Shown piece after piece: positions 24,538 through 30,349 of a DNA stretch of 39,734 nucleotides. A program made the translations under genes and the position numbers. Within the stretch, counting starts at the first letter, position 1; each line of letters opens with the position of its first letter. The DNA is taken from contig JAGOUG010000001.1 of the NCBI GenBank assembly GCA_018061375.1, positions 1 through 39,734 on the forward strand, read 5' to 3'. The stretch is from Candidatus Saccharimonadota bacterium (GTDB lineage: Bacteria; Patescibacteriota; Saccharimonadia; Saccharimonadales; UBA7683). The notes under the pieces are model-generated. The model was not told where the DNA came from. It made no database searches and worked only from the letters and a program-made list of their open reading frames with translations.

Positions 24538-25008
24538 ATGGCTAAAGGATTCAACAAAGTTATCTTGATGGGAAACCTTACTCGGGATCCTGAAACACGG
24601 CAGACTCCAAGCGGTCAGAGTGTTACAAATTTTTCACTCGCTATCAGCCGTAGCTGGAAGGGTCAAGACGGCACAACTCAGGAAGCTGTCAGCTTCATTG
24701 ACTGTGTTGCCTGGGGTCGTACTGGTGAAATTATTGCTCAGTATGTGCAAAAGGGCCGCCCTGTACTCGTTTCTGGTCGTCTCGATCAGCGTAGCTGGGA
24801 ACAAGATGGCAACAAGCGTTCTAAGGTAGAGGTTGTTGTTGAAGACTTCAACTTTGTTGGTGGCGGTGGTGGCGACGGTGCACCTTCAGGTGGCGGATCA
24901 AACTCAGCAGGTACTTCAAAGAGTGCTCCAGCAAAATCATCTTCAGATGATGTCGCAATTGAAGAAATTGACGATAAGCCAATTGATCTTTCAGAAATCC
25001 CATTTTAA
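24538..25008 (+). CDS. ssb: single-stranded DNA-binding protein
   Basis: The NKVILMGNLTRDPE OB-fold start, a Gly-rich linker and an acidic C-terminal tip DLSEIPF are present. Confidence 0.97.
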   Translation: MAKGFNKVILMGNLTRDPETRQTPSGQSVTNFSLAISRSWKGQDGTTQEAVSFIDCVAWGRTGEIIAQYVQKGRPVLVSGRLDQRSWEQDGNKRSKVEVVVEDFNFVGGGGGDGAPSGGGSNSAGTSKSAPAKSSSDDVAIEEIDDKPIDLSEIPF

Positions 25009-25019
25009 TTAGACGTTTC

Positions 25020-25045
25020 GTCATCCTGAGTTAGATTCAGGATCC
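25020..25045. repeat. REP-like hairpin (GTCATCCTGA gttagat TCAGGATCC) between ssb and rpsR
   Basis: A 7-bp perfect stem at 25023-25029/25037-25043. It belongs to the same family as 4004, 6693 and 6740. Confidence 0.6.
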
Positions 25046-25066
25046 AATATAATAATTAGTTAGTTG

Positions 25067-25086
25067 AATCCGCCAATTGGCGGATT
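25067..25086. promoter_or_regulatory. Perfect 20-nt palindrome AATCCGCCAATTGGCGGATT in the rpsR leader
   Basis: Read directly from the sequence. It shares the ATCCGCC/GGCGGAT stem with the rpsO-leader hairpin at 14621-14636 and ends 17 nt before ATG 25104. Confidence 0.5.
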
Positions 25087-25103
25087 ACACCGAAAGGAAA
25101 CCA

Positions 25104-25301
25104 ATGAACGGTAAACGAAAACCAGATGTAACTTACTTTGATTACAAAGAAGTTAAAACAATTCAGAAGTATATAAACCAATTTGGACAGATTGAACCAG
25201 CTTCAAAAACTGGTCTTTCAGCTAAACAGCAGCGTGCACTTGCTACTGCAGTAAAGCGTGCACGTCACTTGGCACTATTGCCATTCGTCGCAAGCGCATA
25301 A
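25104..25301 (+). CDS. rpsR: 30S ribosomal protein S18
   Basis: [58 protein letters not shown] is canonical bS18. ATG 25104 has an AGGA SD 5 nt upstream. The ORF-track TTG 25077 lies inside the palindrome. Confidence 0.93.
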   Translation: MNGKRKPDVTYFDYKEVKTIQKYINQFGQIEPASKTGLSAKQQRALATAVKRARHLALLPFVASA

Positions 25302-25310
25302 GGAGACTAT

Positions 25311-25556
25311 ATGGGTAGCAGAGGAAACGCAGTTGGTGAAATAGCATCAGTCAGAGGGGATGCGGTGAACACTCTGTTTCTTGGAGTTCCTTGCCTGGGT
25401 GCTCTATGTATAGACAGGGCTACATTAGAAGGTGCTGGCATTTCAGTACTCACTAATGGGTTCTTCCAAGCAGAGGTTGATCTTGATGCAGAATTGCCAG
25501 AACAGCTACAGCCTTCTGGGTTCGCGCCACTGCCAAGGCAATCAGAGCTAGGATAG
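25311..25556 (+). CDS. hypothetical small protein (81 aa)
   Basis: A canonical SD (AAGGAG, 25300-25305) lies 5 nt before the ATG. Third-position usage resembles neighbouring genes. No family is recognised. An ORF of similar length overlaps on the minus strand. Confidence 0.4.
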   Translation: MGSRGNAVGEIASVRGDAVNTLFLGVPCLGALCIDRATLEGAGISVLTNGFFQAEVDLDAELPEQLQPSGFAPLPRQSELG

Positions 25557-25564
25557 GACATAGT

Positions 25565-26128
25565 ATGAGTTATAGCCCAACAGAACTTAAAAAAGGTACA
25601 GTCATTCAGATTGATGGCAAGCCTTTTAGGGTAACTGATTATTCTCAGAAGGTAATGGGCCGTGGTGGTTCTATTGTGAATGTAAGACTTAAAAACTTAT
25701 TAGATGGTTCAGTGCTAGCAAAAACCTTTAAGGGTGCAGACAAAATTGATTCTGCAAGTGTAAACACAAAGTCTGTGCAATATTTGTATGCAGACACCGA
25801 GTTTCATTTTATGGATCCAGATAGTTTTGAACAGTTTGCGCTCGGGCCGGACTTAGCCGAAGATGCGCAGAAGTTTTTAAAAGAGGGCGACATGGTTGGT
25901 TTGCAGTTTTTCGACGGTCAAGTTATTACTATTGAGCTACCGAAGAACGTATACCTCGAGGTCACCTACGCTGAAGATGTTGTGAAGGGTGATACTGCAA
26001 ATTCAATATCTAAAGATGCAACTTTAGAAACCGGACTTGTAGTTAAAGTACCAGCCTTTATAAAATCGGGCGACGTGGTTTCAGTTAGTACCGAAGATGG
26101 TTCATACCGCGAACGTAAGAAAGACTAA
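25565..26128 (+). CDS. efp: elongation factor P (Arg at the beta3-beta4 loop tip)
   Basis: A full-length EF-P pattern (KKGTVIQIDGKPFRV...VKGDTA...ETG..V.VP.F). The loop reads KVMGRGGSIV, with R33 aligned to E. coli K34. Confidence 0.96.
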   Translation: MSYSPTELKKGTVIQIDGKPFRVTDYSQKVMGRGGSIVNVRLKNLLDGSVLAKTFKGADKIDSASVNTKSVQYLYADTEFHFMDPDSFEQFALGPDLAEDAQKFLKEGDMVGLQFFDGQVITIELPKNVYLEVTYAEDVVKGDTANSISKDATLETGLVVKVPAFIKSGDVVSVSTEDGSYRERKKD

Positions 26129-26144
26129 ATTGGACGCTAGAAGA

Positions 26145-26161
26145 TGGACGCTGGTAGTTGG
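26145..26161. repeat. Left arm of 17-bp inverted repeat (TGGACGCTGGTAGTTGG) flanking the four-helix-bundle gene
   Basis: It is complementary at 15 of 17 positions to 26556-26572. It is embedded in 14-nt-phased TTGGACG / ATGGACG / TTGGTGT repeats (26130-26171). Confidence 0.7.
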
Positions 26162-26175
26162 TGTAGAATGAGATT

Positions 26176-26535
26176 ATGATTAGATCTTTTACTGACCTTG
26201 AAGCATGGCAAGAATCCCACAAAATGGGCTTACTGATCTATAAAATATCAGCATCTTTTCCAGATAGTGAGCAATTCGGACTATCAAGTCAGATCAGGAG
26301 AGCGGTGGTTTCAGTCACATCTAATATCGCAGAGGGCTTTGGAAGGAAGAGCAAAAAAGATAGAGAGCATTTCTTCACTATGGCTTCAGGATCCCTATAT
26401 GAAGTAAAAAGCCAACTATTGTTTGCTAAAGATCTTGGTTACGCAGAGGACTTTGATTATGAAGATTTGTTTGAACAGATGAACGTTGCACATAGGTTAT
26501 TGCATGGGCTACTTAGGGCACACAGAGATGAGTAG
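26176..26535 (+). CDS. four-helix-bundle protein (23S rRNA intervening-sequence protein / Avd-like family)
   Basis: FTDLEAWQESHKMGLLIYKIS...SQIRRAVVSVTSNIAEGFGRKSKKDREHFFTMASGSLYEVKSQL is the characteristic signature of this family. A TAGAAT -10 (26164-26169) lies 6 nt before the ATG. Confidence 0.88.
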   Translation: MIRSFTDLEAWQESHKMGLLIYKISASFPDSEQFGLSSQIRRAVVSVTSNIAEGFGRKSKKDREHFFTMASGSLYEVKSQLLFAKDLGYAEDFDYEDLFEQMNVAHRLLHGLLRAHRDE

Positions 26536-27292
26536 TAAATACAAACCTCCAACCTCCAACGTCCAGCGTCCAAAAAAGACGCGGCTAGATCATTTAATGG
26601 TACAGAAGAAGCTTGTGCCGACACGTTCACAGGCGGAGAGTTATATTCGGATGGGACAGGTGACGGTTGATGGCAAGGTTATTTCAAAACCAGGCCATTT
26701 TGTTCGTGAAGATGCTCGTTTAGAATTTGGTGTGAAGCAACAATATGTTTCACGCGCAGCTTTAAAACTGGCATCAGTGGCAACCGTCTTACAGCTGGAT
26801 TTCAAGCATAAGGTTGTACTTGATGTTGGTTCAAGTACTGGTGGATTTACCGATTATGCGCTTCAGCATGGGGCTTCTAAGGTTGTTGCTGTTGACGTTG
26901 GTACCGATCAACTTCACCCAAGACTCCGCGGAGATGTGCGCGTTGAGCTGCATGAAAAAACTGATATCCGAAAGTTTGTATCTGAAGAAAAAGCCGATGT
27001 TGCAATAATCGATGTCAGCTTCATTTCTATGCGAATGGTGCTGGCGAGTGTGAGTAAACTGGTGAAGCCAAAAGGTCAGATTATCGCGATGCTCAAGCCT
27101 CAGTTTGAAGCAGGTAAAGATCAGCTTAATAAAGGAATTGTAAAAAATAGTGCTCAGCGCAGAGATATACTACAAGATTTTGAGGCGTGGTGCCGTCAAA
27201 ATAAATATGTGATTTTAAAGAAGTCAGATAGTGCAGTTGCTGGTGAAAAAGGTAACGTGGAACGGTTTTATTTACTTACAAAAGCTCTTTAA
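26528..27292 (+). CDS. tlyA: TlyA-family rRNA 2'-O-methyltransferase (S4 domain + FtsJ-like MTase)
   Basis: RLDHLMVQKKLVPTRSQAESYIRMGQVTVDG is the S4 domain, and LDVGSSTGGFTD is the SAM motif. ATG 26528 overlaps the upstream TAG, and this start adds a short N-terminal extension. Confidence 0.88.
   Translation: MSSKYKPPTSNVQRPKKTRLDHLMVQKKLVPTRSQAESYIRMGQVTVDGKVISKPGHFVREDARLEFGVKQQYVSRAALKLASVATVLQLDFKHKVVLDVGSSTGGFTDYALQHGASKVVAVDVGTDQLHPRLRGDVRVELHEKTDIRKFVSEEKADVAIIDVSFISMRMVLASVSKLVKPKGQIIAMLKPQFEAGKDQLNKGIVKNSAQRRDILQDFEAWCRQNKYVILKKSDSAVAGEKGNVERFYLLTKAL
26546..26573. repeat. Four tandem heptamers CCTCCAA CCTCCAA CGTCCAG CGTCCAA containing the right arm (26556-26572) of the inverted repeat
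   Basis: Read directly from the sequence. It lies inside the first 16 codons of tlyA. Confidence 0.7.
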
Positions 27293-27926
27293 GTTTTTCT
27301 TTATCTATAATTTCTATGTAGCGAGATTTTAAGTCGATGTAGCCACCTTTGGCGAGTGCGGAAAGTGCTCTGCTCGTGCTTTCTCTCGAAGCATTAATAG
27401 AGCTGGCAATATCGTGGCGCCTAATCGGTGCGGCTAGAGAAAGCTTAGATGTACCATCAACTCCGTTAAAACGCTCCGATTGGGTGAGTAAAAAGCTAGC
27501 CAGACGCTCCCTAACAGTTCGGTATTCAAGTGTCATTACACGTTCTGAATGGAGACGGTATGCCTCAATTGCCATATCAAGTAAGACCGGTACAACGTGC
27601 TCATTAGTTTTTAGAAATGCTAAAAAATCGCTTCGTGCGACGCGCCAAAGTTTAGTGTCGCTCAGTGCTTGGTAGGTAATATCACGATGCAATCCCGTGA
27701 ACGCCCAAATGAGAGGGAAGAGATCATCATGTTGACGGACAATCAGATTATTTTCTTCACCGTACTTTGTAATGGCGTAGGCCTTAACGAAACCTTCAGA
27801 AATATAATGGATTCCTTTTGGATCATCGCCATCACGGATAATTGATTCACCTTTTTTGTAGGTGAGTTGTGTTCCGGTATGAAAGAACGATATCAACTGC
27901 TCTCGTGCGTCTGTATCGGCTAGCAT
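27276..27926 (-). CDS. Crp/Fnr-family transcriptional regulator
   Basis: An N-terminal cNMP-binding-like beta-roll is followed by a C-terminal HTH (RHDIASSINASRESTSRALSALAKGGYI). An extended -10 (TGTCATAAT, plus coordinates 27933-27941) lies 6 nt from the ATG. The gene overlaps the tlyA 3' end by 17 nt. Confidence 0.85.
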   Translation of the reverse strand: MLADTDAREQLISFFHTGTQLTYKKGESIIRDGDDPKGIHYISEGFVKAYAITKYGEENNLIVRQHDDLFPLIWAFTGLHRDITYQALSDTKLWRVARSDFLAFLKTNEHVVPVLLDMAIEAYRLHSERVMTLEYRTVRERLASFLLTQSERFNGVDGTSKLSLAAPIRRHDIASSINASRESTSRALSALAKGGYIDLKSRYIEIIDKEKLKELL

Positions 27927-27977
27927 GAGTTAATTATGACACTAAATATTTGTTTTGCATAACCCTATGAACCAGAG

Positions 27978-27993
27978 CGTGATTATTATCACG
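27978..27993. promoter_or_regulatory. CRP/FNR-type operator CGTGAT-TATT-ATCACG (GTGA-N6-TCAC core)
   Basis: Perfect 6-nt inverted arms sit in the divergent intergenic region between the Crp-family gene and ORF 28065. The centre lies about 59 nt from ATG 27926. Confidence 0.5.
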
Positions 27994-28064
27994 TGTTATA
28001 TGTGCGCTTTGACACAGTATGCGTAGGCATATAAGGGTACTATATTTGTAGCGAGGAGGTTCTT

Positions 28065-28622
28065 ATGAACGCAGGTATCACTCCGGTGCAGCAAAGGCTA
28101 AGCAGATTAAGTTACTTTAGCAGATTGGAAGTTGCCGAGCTCCCAAAGCTATTGTTGCCCGGTGAGCAAGTACTGGTTCTGCTGAGTGGTTTGTATAGTG
28201 CGGGCACCGCTACGCTCTGCGTAACCTCAAAAAGACTACTTCTTATTGACAGAAAATGGACGCGCCTCAGTTACGAAGATATTCGGTTTAGTGCTATTAT
28301 TGAAGTCCAGTTTTCTCAGCAGGTGTTTCTTGCCTCTGTAAAATTTTATTATGCAGGTCGCGAATTACATTTTAGATCTTGGTATAAACCAGAGTTACGT
28401 TCACTGGTTCATTTTGTACAGGGTAGAATGTCAAGTTCACTCCAAACTAGCACTGATGTTGGGTCGGTCTTTCAGCAGAATAAACAATCTGTAACTCGGC
28501 CGAAGTGGAGAACTGCAGATATGATACCCATGTCTGTCCGCATAGAGCGTTGGAAAAAGGCCACAGAGTTTATAGAGTCACTCTCACTAGTTGAGCGTGA
28601 AAGAGCAGGAGGTGTTGAATAA
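28065..28622 (+). CDS. hypothetical protein, possible bacterial PH (YokE-like) domain
   Basis: A strong SD (GAGGAGG, 28053-28059) is present. LPGEQVLVLLSGLYSAGTATLCVTSKRLLLIDRK resembles bPH-domain N-terminal strands. Confidence 0.55.
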   Translation: MNAGITPVQQRLSRLSYFSRLEVAELPKLLLPGEQVLVLLSGLYSAGTATLCVTSKRLLLIDRKWTRLSYEDIRFSAIIEVQFSQQVFLASVKFYYAGRELHFRSWYKPELRSLVHFVQGRMSSSLQTSTDVGSVFQQNKQSVTRPKWRTADMIPMSVRIERWKKATEFIESLSLVERERAGGVE

Positions 28623-29723
28623 CTAGACGTTGAAGCGAAACTCAACGACGTCTTCGGGCTGCATAATGTAGGTTTTACCTTCAGTTCTGACTTTTCCACT
28701 AGCTTTTGCCGCTGAGAGTGAACCCGCCTCAAGCAGATCATTACAATTTACAATTTCTGCAGCAATAAAGCCCCGTTCAAAATCACCATGAATAACACCT
28801 GCGGCCTGAGGGGCGGTTGAACCCTGCTTAATTGTCCATGCTCTGACTTCAGTTCCGCCAGATGTAAGGTAGCTTTGTAGGCCAAGAGTGGAGTAGGCTG
28901 CTTGCACAATCTGGGCAAGGCCGGATTCTGTCTGACCGTAGCTTTCTAACATTTCTTTAGCCTCTTCATCAGACATATCTTTTAACTCTGCTTCAAGCTG
29001 TGCGTTCACAAAGCGTGATTCTGCAGGTGATACCAGCGCTGCAAGTTCAGATTGTTTGGCGGTGTTACTTAAATTTTCTTCATCAATGTTGAACACATAA
29101 ATTACTTTCTTTGTCGTAATCAGTTGAAGCGAACGCAGCGTCATTCCTGGTTCTGATTGGGAATCAAGTTCTTTCAGTAGATCAGTAAGCGCACCAAGTT
29201 CGCCAGACTCCAGAATTGACTGAACGTTAAGTAGCATATCTACAGAAGATTTCAATTTTGAATTTGTTTTTGCCTCTTTAGTAATTCGCGGGAGGCTTTT
29301 TTCAATTGTCTGAAGATCAGCCAAAATAAGTTCTGTATTAATAATTTCGATATCACTTTTTGGATCGACTTTTTCATGCACATGCACAATGTCATTATTT
29401 TCAAACGCTCGAACAATATGAACTATTGCATCGCATTCGCGAATGTTTGCTAAAAATTGATTGCCAAGCCCTTCACCCTTGCTTGCACCAGCAACTAAAC
29501 CTGCAATATCAACAAACGTGATTGTTGCGGGAACAATAGGGGCGTTGCCGTACAGTTCGCTTAGTTTTTTAAGGCGAGAATCAGGCACGGGTACAATCCC
29601 CGTATTTGGCTCAATAGTAGCGAACGGGTAATTGGCTGCCAGAATATCATTTTTAGTCAGCGCATTAAATAATGTCGACTTCCCGACATTCGGCAGACCA
29701 ACAATTCCAATGGATAAACTCAT
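28623..29723 (-). CDS. ychF: ribosome-binding ATPase YchF
   Basis: The G1 motif is GIVGLPNVGKSTLFNALT and a C-terminal TGS-like domain is present. ATG 29723 is preceded by an extended -10 TGTTAGAAT (plus 29731-29739) 7 nt upstream. The ORF-track start at 29819 is rejected. Confidence 0.96.
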   Translation of the reverse strand: MSLSIGIVGLPNVGKSTLFNALTKNDILAANYPFATIEPNTGIVPVPDSRLKKLSELYGNAPIVPATITFVDIAGLVAGASKGEGLGNQFLANIRECDAIVHIVRAFENNDIVHVHEKVDPKSDIEIINTELILADLQTIEKSLPRITKEAKTNSKLKSSVDMLLNVQSILESGELGALTDLLKELDSQSEPGMTLRSLQLITTKKVIYVFNIDEENLSNTAKQSELAALVSPAESRFVNAQLEAELKDMSDEEAKEMLESYGQTESGLAQIVQAAYSTLGLQSYLTSGGTEVRAWTIKQGSTAPQAAGVIHGDFERGFIAAEIVNCNDLLEAGSLSAAKASGKVRTEGKTYIMQPEDVVEFRFNV

Positions 29724-29851
29724 AGATACTATTCTAACAGATATGGAACAAACATTTTGATTGGATTCGATAAAGTGTGATGAGCGAGACAGTGGTGAAG
29801 TAAACGAAGCACGCTTCACGCATAAGCGTAAGTGGTTTATACTCTGTAGGT

Positions 29852-30349
29852 ATGAAGAAGTCGAAAACTGGGATTACAGGTATGAACTCTACTAGTCCTG
29901 TATCATCCTCGCGTCGTATTAGGCCAATGATAATCGCAGTGGTTGTAATTCTTATTGCAATGGCAATTCTTATACTTCTAGAGACTCAGGTATTTGCAAA
30001 ATCTCAGTGTAACGGGGTTTCAGGAGGTAGTATATATAAGACCTCGGCTAGAGCAATTAAGGAAAAAGACACAAAGACCTTGGCGGAAATTTCTGTAACA
30101 ATCAAGGAGCAGAAAAATTATACCAAAGATGCAAGTTGTCAGGTTGCTCTATTTTATGATAGCCTCTACCGAGAACAGTACGCTACAGCCAATCGCTACC
30201 TGGAAACTATACGTAACCTGTCGGTTCGACAGCAGAAATTGGTTGATGATTACAAATCCATTGGCGTTAACTCAATCCTAGACGCAGAGAAGGCCTTAAT
30301 CGAGTCAGAAACACAGAAGTCAGAAAATCTAAACGAGATATATTTTTGA
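29852..30349 (+). CDS. hypothetical N-terminally anchored helical protein (165 aa)
   Basis: The TM segment is MIIAVVVILIAMAILILL. The stop TGA overlaps the ATG of the next gene (TGATG at 30347-30351). A TATACT -10 (29838-29843) lies 8 nt before the ATG. Confidence 0.65.
   Translation: MKKSKTGITGMNSTSPVSSSRRIRPMIIAVVVILIAMAILILLETQVFAKSQCNGVSGGSIYKTSARAIKEKDTKTLAEISVTIKEQKNYTKDASCQVALFYDSLYREQYATANRYLETIRNLSVRQQKLVDDYKSIGVNSILDAEKALIESETQKSENLNEIYF

Noticed and set aside
25302-25564. The segment as 6S RNA, SRP RNA, RNase P RNA or tmRNA
   Set aside because: I could not find the conserved cores: GGAA/AGCA SRP domain IV, GAGGAAAGUCC of RNase P, or a tRNA-like 3' end. A perfect SD and ATG favours a small CDS. 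The idea is kept only as a low-priority alternative in the findings.
26176-26535. The four-helix-bundle gene as the Avd component of a diversity-generating retroelement
   Set aside because: No reverse transcriptase gene and no template/variable repeat pair are visible anywhere in the window. The neighbours are efp and tlyA.
29140-29165. GTCATTCCTGG...GGGAATC inside ychF, resembling the REP-like hairpin family
   Set aside because: It lies in conserved coding sequence (DSQSEPGMTL on the minus strand), the stem is only 5 bp and the loop is long. This is probably a chance match.
30347-30349. An alternative genetic code (UGA recoding, as in some candidate phyla)
   Set aside because: TGA terminates well-defined genes, here at a coupled TGATG junction. 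All conserved genes are full length under the standard code.
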